A stretch of DNA of 63,252 nt, counting the filler, from Licmophora abbreviata (Eukaryota): the NCBI GenBank assembly GCA_900291995.1. It is 18 parts of 18 records of this genome, joined end to end, with 100 filler letters (N's around TTAATTAATTAA, not from the genome) between each part and the next. Parts side by side here need not be neighbours in the genome. Positions count along the whole stretch, not along the records: positions 51,680 to 53,476 come from OLMU01001848.1; positions 53,577 to 56,795 come from OLMU01001849.1; positions 56,896 to 61,119 come from OLMU01001851.1; positions 61,220 to 63,252 come from OLMU01001852.1; 14 more parts are not named here. One strand, 5' to 3'. The translations under genes and the position numbers were made by a program. Positions within the stretch are counted from its first letter, which is position 1. Each line of letters opens with the position of its first letter. Below, in pieces: positions 53,252 to 63,252 of the stretch. The notes beneath the pieces are model-generated. The model was not told the origin of the DNA. It made no database searches and was given only the letters and a program-made list of their open reading frames with translations.

Positions 53252-54115
53252 TGGGCGAGATGCGGTTCATCATCCTCGGCTGCGGCTCATCGGGGGGCTG
53301 CCCCGGCTTGGTGGCCATTGGGGCGACTGTGACCCCGACAATCCGCGCAACACCCGCCGCCGCTGTTCGCTCCTGATCGAGCGCGAAGGGCCGGGCGGGA
53401 TCACCCGCGCGCTCATCGACACCTCGCCCGACCTGCGGGCGCAGCTTCTGGATTCCGGCGTGGGCGAGCTGGACGCNNNNNNNNNNNNNNNNNNNNNNNN
53501 NNNNNNNNNNNNNNNNNNNNTTAATTAATTAANNNNNNNNNNNNNNNNNNNNNNNNNNNNNNNNNNNNNNNNNNNNTGCATGGCATCGACGATCTGCGCA
53601 TGATCGTGTTCAACATGCGCCGCCGCTTGCCGGTCTGGGCCGATGGCGACACCCAGAACGCGCTTTACGCGCGCTTCGGCTATGCCTTCATCCAACCCGA
53701 TGACAGCCCCTATCCGCCGATCCTCGACATGCACACGATCAGCGGCGATGTGACCATCGACGGGGCAGGGGGGCCGATCACCCTCATCCCGTTCGAGGTC
53801 AATCACGGCTCTATCGAGGCGCTCGGCTTCCGGATCGGCAATCTGGCCTATCTGCCCGATGTGGCGCAGATCCCTGACGATGTCTGGCCCATGCTCGAAG
53901 GGCTGGACTGCTGGATTCTCGACGCGCTGCGCCGCACCCCGCATCCCACGCATTCGCATCTCGAACAGTCGCTCGAATGGATCGCCCGGGTGGCGCCGCG
54001 TCGCGCGGTGCTGACCAACATGCATATCGATCTGGATTATCAGACCGTAGCGGATGAAACGCCTGCGCATGTGACACCGGCCTATGACGGCATGATCCTC
54101 ACCTATCCGGCCTGA
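53251..54115 (+). CDS. MBL-fold hydrolase (PhnP-like); 1-nt frameshift near 53298 and a gap
   Basis: ILGCGSSGG then, in another frame, PRLGGHWG.CDP; IDTSPDLR; HGIDDLR, HPTH, TNMH, PAYDG. Confidence 0.85.
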
Positions 54116-54119
54116 TGAC

Positions 54120-55049
54120 ATGCAGGCGCTGATCGACGTGATCCTGCCGGTCTTTCTGGTGATCGGTTTCGGATATATCGCGGCATGGCGGGGCTGGTTC
54201 ACCGAAGCCTCTGTCGATGGCGTGATGCAGTTCGTGCAGAACTTCGCGGTGCCCTGCCTGCTGTTCACCGCCATCGCCCGGCTTGATCTGGACCGCTATT
54301 TCGATCCTTGGCTGTTGGCCAGCTTCTATCTCGGTGCCCTGTCGGGGTTTCTTCTGGGGCTGCTCGGCGCGCGCTTTCTCTTCGGGCGCGATTGGGAGGA
54401 TGCGGTCGCCATCGGCTTTTGCTGTCTCTTCTCCAACTCGGTCCTTCTGGGCCTGCCGATCATGGAGCGCGCCTATGGCCCGGATGCGCTCGATGCCAAT
54501 TACGCGATTATCGCAATGCATTCGCCGTTCTGTTACGCGGTCGGTATCTCGGTGATGGAGATCACCCGTTCGCGGGGCCGTGCGGGGCCGGCCCTTGTGG
54601 GGCGGGTGCTCAAGGCGATGTTCTCGAACGCGCTGATCCTTGGGGTGGCGGCGGGCTTCTTGGTCAACCTGTCAGGCATCGCGATGCCAAGCGCGGTGGA
54701 TCAGGGGCTCGATCTGATGGTGCGTGCGGCCCTTCCGGCGGCGCTTTTCGCGCTTGGCGGAGTGCTGCTGCGCTATCGCCCCGATGGCGATCTGCGGATC
54801 GTGCTCTTTGTCTGCTTCGTGGGCCTTGTCACGCATCCGCTCATCACGCGGGGGCTTGGCAGCGCGTTTTCCCTGCCCGATCCCGCACTGCGTTCGGCGG
54901 TGGTGACGGCGGCTATGGCGCCGGGGGTCAATGCCTATATCTTCGCCAACATGTATGGTCGTGCGCGCCGGGTGGCGGCCAGTTCGGTGCTGGCGGCAAC
55001 GGCGCTGTCGATCCTGACGGTCTGGATGTGGCTGGGCAGCTTGCCGTGA
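54120..55049 (+). CDS. AEC-family transporter
   Basis: ILPVFLVIGFG, FSNSVLLGLP, MAPGVNAY; about 10 TM segments. Confidence 0.88.
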   Translation: MQALIDVILPVFLVIGFGYIAAWRGWFTEASVDGVMQFVQNFAVPCLLFTAIARLDLDRYFDPWLLASFYLGALSGFLLGLLGARFLFGRDWEDAVAIGFCCLFSNSVLLGLPIMERAYGPDALDANYAIIAMHSPFCYAVGISVMEITRSRGRAGPALVGRVLKAMFSNALILGVAAGFLVNLSGIAMPSAVDQGLDLMVRAALPAALFALGGVLLRYRPDGDLRIVLFVCFVGLVTHPLITRGLGSAFSLPDPALRSAVVTAAMAPGVNAYIFANMYGRARRVAASSVLAATALSILTVWMWLGSLP

Positions 55050-55073
55050 TGCGGAGGCTTCGCCCCCTCGCCG

Positions 55074-55397
55074 TCACGTGCCCGGATTGCAGAACTGGCG
55101 ATAGAGCAGGTCGATCAGCTCGCGGGTCTTTTCATCGGCCAGACTGTAGAAGATCGTCTTGCCCTCTCGCCGCGTCTTGACCCGGCCCTCTTCGCGCAGC
55201 CGCGCGAGGATCTGGCTCACGGCGGCCTGACGCATCTCCAGAAGCTGCTCCAACTCGCCCACCGATTTCTCGCCAGACCCCAGATGACACAAGGTCATCA
55301 ACCGCCCCTCATGGGCGACGGTCTTGAGAAACGCAGCCGCCAGTTTGGCATTTTCCTGCATTTCTGTCGGGGTGACGGTGATATCCTTGGTGGTCAA
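55074..55397 (-). CDS. ArsR/SmtB-family regulator, BigR/SqrR-like
   Basis: RLMTLCHL...SVGELE...VSQ.LARLR..G.VKTRREGK..FYSL, C-terminal FC; TTG start. Confidence 0.8.
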   Translation of the reverse strand: MTTKDITVTPTEMQENAKLAAAFLKTVAHEGRLMTLCHLGSGEKSVGELEQLLEMRQAAVSQILARLREEGRVKTRREGKTIFYSLADEKTRELIDLLYRQFCNPGT

Positions 55398-55412
55398 TTC
55401 GGTTTCACTTCC

Positions 55413-56702
55413 TCAGCGATGAATCGGCGTGTCATAGCACGTGTTTTCGAAAACTGCGAGTATAAGCCTTGCGCTACCCCTCTGGAGGGGCGCCCCGCAA
55501 GAATGCATTGCCGTTTTGTAATCACATGGCGCTTCCTGCATCTCCAAATGCAGCCCCGTGCCTTTGTAAGGATGGGCCCGCGCCAGCGCTTCGTCAACCT
55601 CGATGCCCAATCCCGGCGCCTCGGGGGGGATCACGAAACCGTCCTCGACGCGCAGCCCGCCCTTGATGAGCGCCTCGTGGAACGGGGTCTCGATCGTCTC
55701 GGCCATCAGGATATTCGGGATCGACGCCGCCAGCTGAATATTCGCCGCCCATTCCACCGGGCCTGCGTAAAGATGCGGGGCGATCTGCGCGTTATAGACT
55801 TCGGCCATGGCGGCGATCTTGCGGGCCTCCCAAAGCCCGCCCGCCCGGCCCAGGGCTGGCTGCATGATCGACGCCGCCCCCTGGCGCAGCACGGGGGCGA
55901 ACTCTGCCTTGGTGCAAAGCCGCTCTCCGGTGGCCACGGGCAGGCCGGTGGCGGCGGCCACCTCGGCCATCTGCGCCACGTTGTCGGGCGGGATCGGCTC
56001 TTCGTACCAGAGAGGATCATAGGGCGCGATCGCCCGGCCCAGCCGGATGGCGCCTGCGGTGGTGAACTGCCCATGGGTGCCGAACAACAGATCCGCCCTG
56101 TCGCCCACAGCCTCGCGGATCGCGCGGCAAAACGCGACCGAGAGCGAGATATCCGACTGCGCCGGCATATGCCCGCCCCGGATCGTATAAGGCCCCGCCG
56201 GATCGAACTTGAGCGCCGTATAGCCGCGCGCGACGTAATCGGCCGCACTTTCTGCGGTCATCTCGGGCGAGGTGAAGAAGTCGCGCAGATCGTGATGCGG
56301 CAGGGGATAGAGATAGGTATAGGCGCGGATACGCTCGTTCATCCGCCCGCCCATCAGCGCCCAGACAGGCCGCCCCCGCGCCTTGCCCAGAATATCCCAG
56401 CAGGCGATCTCCAGCCCCGAAAACGCGCCGATCACCGTCGGATCGGGCCGCTGCGTGAACCCTGACGAATAGGCGCGCCGGAACATCAGCTCGATATTCT
56501 CGGGGTTTTCCCCCTGCATGTGCCGCCCGAAGACATCCTCGATCACCGCGCGCATCGCCTCCGGCCCAACTGCTGCGGCATAACATTCGCCCCAACCGGT
56601 GATCCCGTCATCGGTGGTCAGCTTGACAAGGATCCAATAGCGCCCTCCCCAACCCGGCGCAGGCGGGGCGGTGATGATGATCTCGAGATCCTGCAGTTTC
56701 AT
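55413..56702 (-). CDS. Mandelate racemase/muconate lactonizing enzyme family; true stop probably 55474-55476
   Basis: GWGE, IACWDILGK, KFDP, WYEEP, ATGER, PHLY, PGLG. Confidence 0.88.
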   Translation of the reverse strand: MKLQDLEIIITAPPAPGWGGRYWILVKLTTDDGITGWGECYAAAVGPEAMRAVIEDVFGRHMQGENPENIELMFRRAYSSGFTQRPDPTVIGAFSGLEIACWDILGKARGRPVWALMGGRMNERIRAYTYLYPLPHHDLRDFFTSPEMTAESAADYVARGYTALKFDPAGPYTIRGGHMPAQSDISLSVAFCRAIREAVGDRADLLFGTHGQFTTAGAIRLGRAIAPYDPLWYEEPIPPDNVAQMAEVAAATGLPVATGERLCTKAEFAPVLRQGAASIMQPALGRAGGLWEARKIAAMAEVYNAQIAPHLYAGPVEWAANIQLAASIPNILMAETIETPFHEALIKGGLRVEDGFVIPPEAPGLGIEVDEALARAHPYKGTGLHLEMQEAPCDYKTAMHSCGAPLQRGSARLILAVFENTCYDTPIHR

Positions 56703-56895
56703 ATCGGGCCTTTCCGGGTCAGTTGCGCGGATCGCACGCCGATCCGGGTATCGGCGCGATGGTGCGGGTGGCGTGAGGCAGATGCAAGCCGCAATNNNNN
56801 NNNNNNNNNNNNNNNNNNNNNNNNNNNNNNNNNNNNNNNTTAATTAATTAANNNNNNNNNNNNNNNNNNNNNNNNNNNNNNNNNNNNNNNNNNNN

Positions 56896-59800
56896 CCGAG
56901 GACTCGATGAATGTCGGATCATCCGTCAGCAGGAAATCCAATACCGCGTTGTCGAAGTTCACCGTGCCGGGGGTCAGACCCGCCGCCTCGACCGCCGCCC
57001 GCGCCGCATCGACATCCGCCTGATCGAAGGTGTCCACCGTCACGATCGCGCCGGGCATGTCGGGATCATAGAAGCCCTCAAGGCTCTCGCCCTCGTCATA
57101 GGTGAACAGGCTCTGCTCTTCCGTGGTCACGCGCCAATCGTCGCGATATTGCCCGTACAGATCATCGAAGGCCAAGGGACGCTCCAGCACGGTCCCGTCG
57201 GCAAGCGCGATGTCATTCGCTGCGTTGCCATCGCCGTCCCCCAAAAGGCCCTCGACGTTGCCGGACATGTTGGCCGAGATCTGTACACCCAGATCAAGGC
57301 GACCGTCCTGCAAGGCCACACTGAGCCGCGCATCGCCAGCCGTTACGCCGGGCACCCCATCGGTGCCAGCAAAAACCAGCGTGTAGATATTCCCGTCGCG
57401 GATGATCTGGTCACCCGTCTCGAGGTTGAGGACACTGCCATCGCCCAGCAGGCGCACCGCGCCATCGATGGAGACCGGGTTGGTGTCGGTTGCGTCGAAC
57501 ATGACGCTCGAGCCGTCGGAGAGACGCGCCGCAACGGCCACGTTGACCGACACATTCTCTACGTCCTCAACGGGCGCGGTGCGCGCCTGCACCTCGAACC
57601 CGTCAAAGCCGTTGCCCGGCACTGCGCGCAGCAGGACGAATTCCCCTACGGCATGGAAATCATAGCCCACCCCATCCAGCGTCAGCAGATGAGGATCGCC
57701 CACAGTCCAGGCCACAGGCGTGGTCGAGGGCGGCAACGGCGGCGGCCCGTCCTGCGCCAGAGAGGCAACATCTTCCGAAGTCAGGCCACGAAATGTCAGG
57801 ATATTGCCACCGCCGAAGTCGACTATGGCACTGCCGTCGCCATCGTCCGTCGCGCTTGTAAGGGCGAGATTCCGATCCGCCACACTAAGTCCGTCGATCA
57901 CAACGTTCAGACTATCGAGCCCGATTTCGAAATCGTCAATCACGTCATTCCCACCGCCGACGATGGTGAAGAAGTCGGCACCCTGTCCGCCGATCAGGAT
58001 ATCGCTGCCCAGACCATCGACAAGGATGTCATTGCCGTCGCGGCCTTCCAGCCGGTTATCGTTGGCATCTCCCGTCAGCGTATCGGACCCGATCGTGCCG
58101 CGCACATATTCAAACCCCTGGACAGTGTCGACGGTGTTTATCGTTCCGACCGCGAACCTCTGATCGTTCAGATTGAACGCGGTGATTTCGACGATCCCGG
58201 TCTCAAGGTTGGCATCGATGCTGAACACAGCGGTCGAATCATAGCGCAGCCTGTCAAAGCCGTCGCCGCCGTCCAACGTGTTGTTGCCGCCGGCATAGCG
58301 ATAGGATTCGTTTCCTGCCGATCCGGTGAAGCGGTCATCTCCGAACGAGCCGTAGACCTCCCAAAGGGAATTGCTGCCGCCGATCGTCTCGGTGTTGCCG
58401 AACCCGTCATCGATGATCTGGCCGCTGGCAAGGCCAAGGTTCACGTTGATCCCGGTGTCGGCATCGCGGAAATCCATCCGCACAAGCCCGGTGCCGTTCA
58501 GCGTGAAACTGTCCACGCCAGCTGTCGAATTGACACTCATCCACTGCTCGCCCTGGGGTGTCAGATCGAAGGCATCATCGCCCTGCGTGCCGATGACGGC
58601 CAGCCCCCCATTCGTCCATCCCGCATTCAAAGGCGTGGCCACCCCGATCAGGGTATCGGTACCTGCCAGCCCCTTGTCGACCGATCCGGTATTTGCCTGC
58701 CCGTCGATGGTGGCGGTCACGGGGTCTTGCAGTGCCCTGTAATCCAACGTCACGAATTCGTCGTTCGGGTCGTTGCCGGTCATGTCGATAATGTCATTTC
58801 CGGCTGTGCCGATCACCGCTTCGTTGAAGTTGAACGCCGTAGCCGTATCGATAAAATCGTCCAGCCGCGTTCCGATGAACACGTTTTGGTTTGCTTCGAT
58901 GGGAATAGGACCGCCCAAGTTTGTAGCCTCTACCGGGTCCAGCGCGCGCACTTGATCGGCGCTCAGACCCCGAAACACCACCGAACTGCCATTGTCGAAA
59001 TCGACAAAAGCACCGTCGGGGCTGTTTGTCGCCGCGCCAAAGGCATCCTGCACCTGCTGTGTGCTCAGACCCGGTGACGACACCTCCAGATTGTCCACAC
59101 CGATCTGGAAATCCCGGATGACATCCTGCCCGCCCGACAGGATGAAGAAATCCGATCCGCCCCGGCCCTCCAGCAGATCGTTTCCGCTGCTGTCGCCGAT
59201 GACATCATCGCCGTTCGATCCCCGCAGATACTCCACGTTGGTGAACTTGTGGGCGAATAAGCTGTTGTCCCAGACACCCGCGACGGTACCGGCTTCCATG
59301 TCCGCAGTGATACCGTCCACGCCGAACCGGTCATAGCGGAGCCGGTCGAAACCGCCGCCCGCGTCCAGCGTGTCTCGACCACGCGCGAGAATGAAGCTTT
59401 CATTCGCGGCCGATCCGATGATGAGATCGTTGCTATCTGTCCCGCGAACTTCCCAGATCTTGCCCGTTCCGGAAATCACCTCCTGATTGCCGAAGCCGTC
59501 ATCCAGAACCAACCCTTGCGCCAGATCGACCGAAACGCCCGAGCTGAATTGCGCGTTTCCGTTTTCCTGAGCAGTGATTGCGTTCCGGAAGTCCAGCCTC
59601 ACCAAGCCGTCACCATTGACGATATACGTGTCTGCGCCACCACCGCCGGACACGGAAATCCATTGACCGTCGGGCACTGTGATGTCGAACGTATCGCTGA
59701 AACCCGTGCCTGTAAGGCTCAGACCGCCTGAATTGAACCCGGCGATCATCGGGTTCTCGACATCCACAAGAGTGTCGACGCCGTTGACGCCCTTATCGAC

Positions 59801-60553
59801 GGTCCCGGTATTGGCCGCACCGTCGATCGTTGCGGTTATACCGGCGTCCAGACCCCTGTAGTCTACCGCCACGAACGCGTCGTTCAGGTTCATTCCGGAC
59901 AAGTCTATCGTATCGTTGCCTTCGGACGCGCCGATGAAGTCCGATCTGGCATCCCCCGATACGATGACATCGTCGCCGATCGAGCCGACCAACTGATCGT
60001 CTCCATCCGTGCCTTGTATCAAAAGCGGGCCTTCCAGGGTGTTGGCCCATGTCGCCAGGTCGAGCACCTGTCCGGGACCGAACGGATCGGTCGCGGCGAT
60101 CGGTCCAGACGCGGTGATGCTGTTCTTGAATGCGGTCACGCCCTCGATTGTTGGGTCGAACACTGCAGGATCGCCGCCGATCACAAAGATCGCGTCGGCA
60201 AATCCCATACCCGTAAAGGAATATTCCAACTCAAGTATGACATGCGTCCCCTGCGGCGAGGTTGCCTGTCCCAAAGCTAGTCTGTCTGGCTCGATGGTCT
60301 GTCCCAGGGCGCCAAAGCCGAACCCGCCAAGCGGCAACACGAACGATCCCGACGTTTCTGGGAAAAGCTGTGTTCGCGCCTCATCGGCGCCGAAGTCCAC
60401 GACTGGCAGACCGTCTCCCTGTCGCATGATGGAATAAGTTGCCGTTGTGCCGGTGCCGGGCAGGGCAATGACCAGCGTCACCGGTTGTACGAATTGAACG
60501 GCATCATTGACATCGCGTTGCAACAGAACGCCAGAGATAGAAAACGTACCCAC
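56896..60553 (-). CDS. Large secreted RTX-repeat Ca-binding protein with von Willebrand D domain; 3' end in gap; start uncertain (GTG 60553 or TTG 60610)
   Basis: Multiple GGxGxD repeats; two internal homologous modules; GDPHLLTLDG..YDFHAVGEF and GLLGD vWD motifs. Confidence 0.85.
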
Positions 60554-60742
60554 GGTAACCCCCACACTCGGAAACAGACTGCCGCAAGGGAAGCACGTGG
60601 TCGGATTCAAAACAAGGTAAGGTAATTACTACTTCTCATTGTAAGACGCTTGTGCGAGCGTTCACACGATTGTGAGTTGTTCCAGTGTACCGAGTTGGGG
60701 GTCGTTTTGCATTATTTTCCTGAAAAAAAGGGCGTCAATAAT

Positions 60743-63252
60743 TTGACGCCCGAGTCCGAATCGGAACGTTCCGAGTCCGAATCGCAACGTAAGGCATTCG
60801 CGAATCAGCATAATTGGTTCAAGCGGCATCTCGGAAAGATAGCATCGGGCGGCACCCTGACCGGGACGATCATAGCCTTGCCCGCCATCGCGCAGGCCCA
60901 AGTCGCGGAATTTGTCAGCGCCAGTTCGATCAACGGCGTGACCAGCGTGCAGACCCTCGCCAATGGCACGGCCAGCATGACGATGGCGAATGGTTCGGTC
61001 ATATCGATACCCGCAGGTCAATTCAGTGTCTTGGCCGGTGGTCAGGTCATGGTCGCGCCTCAGATCGCCCAGCTTGCGGCTCAGGCCATGGCGGCCGGCG
61101 CCGCTGGCGGCATTGGTCTNNNNNNNNNNNNNNNNNNNNNNNNNNNNNNNNNNNNNNNNNNNNTTAATTAATTAANNNNNNNNNNNNNNNNNNNNNNNNN
61201 NNNNNNNNNNNNNNNNNNNGCCAATCCGCAGCGATCCCGCCCACCGTTGTGAACAATGCCACGGTGTCTGAGGTCAACGGCATCGGCAGCAACGCCATCC
61301 CGACCGAATTGCCCGAAGGCACGACACAACTGCGCATCACCTTCGATGACGGCAGCGAAGAGCCGCGCACCGAGACGGTCACCGTCGACGAGAAGGGCAT
61401 CTGGGTCCTCCCGCTTGAGGCTGAACAAGGCCCCACGGACCTGCCGCAGGGGCTCTCCTCGTTGACCCTCGTAGCGCTCGACGACGACGGAGAAGAGCTG
61501 GGAACCGCGACCACCCAAATTCTGGTCGACACCATCCCGCCCACCGTTGCCGTGATCGACATTGCGTCGTCGGGAGACAATAACTTGGTGGTGAACATCG
61601 CCGAGCGGGCCGAGCCGGTGACGATCTCGGGCGTCTCGGATGCCGAGGACGGCCAAATCGTAACCATTACCCTCAACGATGTCGAGTATACCGGCGAGGT
61701 GCGCGGCGGCGAATGGAGCATCGAGATCCCGCCTGCGGATCTTGCCAATCTGCCCGACACCGAGGTGGACTATTTGATCTCGCCCGTCGTCAGCGACGCC
61801 GCCGGCAATGAGACCACGCGCGACGCCGCAATCCTCGCCACCGATTTCGTACCGCCTGTCATCTCGATCAACCCGGTGTCCCTCGATGACGTGGTGGGTT
61901 TGACAGACCTGCAAGGCGATCTGACGATCACCGGCACCACCAACGCCGACCCCGGTCAGCAGGTGACGGTGCTGTTCAACGGAATCGAGTATCAGGGCGA
62001 GGTGGCATTTCAAGCCGTCAGGGCTCTTGATATGGCCACGATGACCAATGGCGACGGCCCCATGAGGGACCCGGCGCCCTTGGAATTCCGGTGGTCGGTC
62101 ATCATACCGCAGGGCGATCTGTTGGCGCTGCAGGAACAGATCGGCGACGAGGATCCGGGACAGGTGCAGATCATCGCCTCGGTCTTCGACAGCGCCGGCA
62201 ACCCCTCCGAACCGGCCGGGCGCACCATCGAAGTCGATTTCCGTGGTCCCTCGCTGACCATCGACCCGATCACCGGCGACAATATCATCAACTTCAATGA
62301 GGATGGCCTCACCACCACCATCTCCGGCACCACCAACAATGTGGAACAGGGACAAGCGGTGTCGGTCACCGTCAACGGCACGCTGCTTGAACCGGCGATC
62401 GTGCAGCTGGATGGAAGCTGGCAGACCACGCTTGGCCCGATGGGTGTGACCTCCATAATCGATGGCGGTAGCGTGGATGTGGTGGCCAATGTGTCCAACG
62501 CTGAAGCCATTGCGGCCCCCACCGTCACCGTGCAGCTTGCGCGCGATGTGACCGCGCCGACCATCGATATCGACGCCCATGCGATTTCGGTGGGCGCGGT
62601 CATGAATATCGCCGAAAGCGCCGATGACCTGACCCTTGGTGGCGCGACCACTGCGGAAGACGGCCAGCAGGTGACAGTGACGGTCGCTGGAACCGAGTTC
62701 ACCACTCAGGCCGAAGGCGGCGCCTGGACCCTGACGATCCCCAATGCCGATCTGCCCGACATCGCCGATGGCGACACCGTCGAGATCACCGCCGATGTCG
62801 AGGATGTGGCTGGCAACTCCGCACAGCAGGCCACAGCCAGTTTCGACGCCGATCTGAGCGCGCCGACGATCACGATCGACGGTCAAGTGGCTGATGACGG
62901 AACGCTTAACATTGCCGAACAGGCGGCTGGATTCACCATCAATGGCACCACCACCGGGGTCGAGGACGGTCAAACCGTCACGATCATGATCGGCGATAGC
63001 GAATTCACCACGACCGTGGGACGCGACGCCTGGTCGCTTGATCTGACATCGGAAGATCTGGCCGAGATATCCGACGGGGACACCCTTGCCGTCACCGCCA
63101 ATGTGTCGGACCTCGCGGGCAACCCCGCCGCACAGGCCAGCGCCAGTCTCACCGCGGACCTGTCCGCGCCCACCGTCACGATCACCGAGCCGGTCTCCGA
63201 AGACGGCTTTCTGAACATCGCAGAACAGGCCAGCTCGATCACCATCAGGGGC
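60743..63252 (+). CDS. Giant Ig-like-repeat adhesin (BapA/LapA-like); spans gap, runs off window
   Basis: N-terminal AQA and Gly/Ala-rich segment; after the gap an open frame with about 100-aa repeats (D..PT.TI..D...N.AE...T..G...EDGQ.VT...W...D.AGN). Confidence 0.8.
60750..60791 (+). repeat. 21-nt tandem repeat (2 copies)
   Basis: CCGAGTCCGAATCG(G/C)AACGT(T/A) twice, encoding PESESER/SESESQR. Confidence 0.8.

Noticed and set aside
53281..53310. Frameshift in the MBL hydrolase as programmed frameshift or pseudogene
   Set aside because: One missing G beside a G-run restores GSSGGVPR; core gene in a fragmented draft, so sequencing error is most likely. Resequencing would settle it.
55413..55520. 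Extended C-terminus of the enolase-family gene approaching the ArsR start
   Set aside because: Adding one A to an A-run gives CDYKNGNAF...* ending at 55474; probable homopolymer error.
1953..61219. Recurrent TTAATTAATTAA motif as a repeat or CRISPR-like array
   Set aside because: Always centred in 100-nt N-runs; artificial six-frame-stop linker.
17913..62973. Long antisense ORFs (e.g. 17913-20303, 21778-23829, 35741-37687, 57149-59077, 61168-62973)
   Set aside because: Shadow ORFs opposite well-supported genes, expected from high-GC codon bias; no motifs.

Overview
GC-rich alphaproteobacterial draft scaffold; gene content and synteny suggest Rhodobacteraceae/Roseobacter group (inference). 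It is broken by 17 artificial 100-nt linkers (N44-TTAATTAATTAA-N44), so several genes appear split. Left part: selD fusion and selU, amt plus an unannotated 56-aa membrane protein, enuR-uehABC-usp ectoine TRAP uptake, an RND pump, an M1 peptidase, IclR/glcB-glcG, and TetR/N-methylproline demethylase/hydroxyproline dehydratase. Middle (about 25.0-48.2 kb): a probable genomic island between a degenerate IS6 and tRNA-Ser(TGA). It carries an anaerobic-respiration cassette (nsrR / ric-ubiTUV-nnrS-nnrU / narR / narK-narGHJI-PPIase-hemerythrin-carbonic anhydrase-moeA-DUF2478), a serine-recombinase remnant and a low-GC two-gene unit (2TM + GAF-like protein and a 66-aa partner). Right part: core SPOR-dac-tmk-holB-tatD-MBL-AEC genes, an ArsR, an enolase-family gene and two divergent giant secreted proteins (RTX + vWD/GDPH; Ig-repeat adhesin). 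Best candidates for something undescribed: the 2TM-GAF + small-protein cargo, the apparently NsrR-controlled ubiTUV operon whose UbiU lacks its first Fe-S cysteine, and the hemerythrin + carbonic anhydrase pair inside the nar operon. All calls come from reading motifs by eye; no searches were run.
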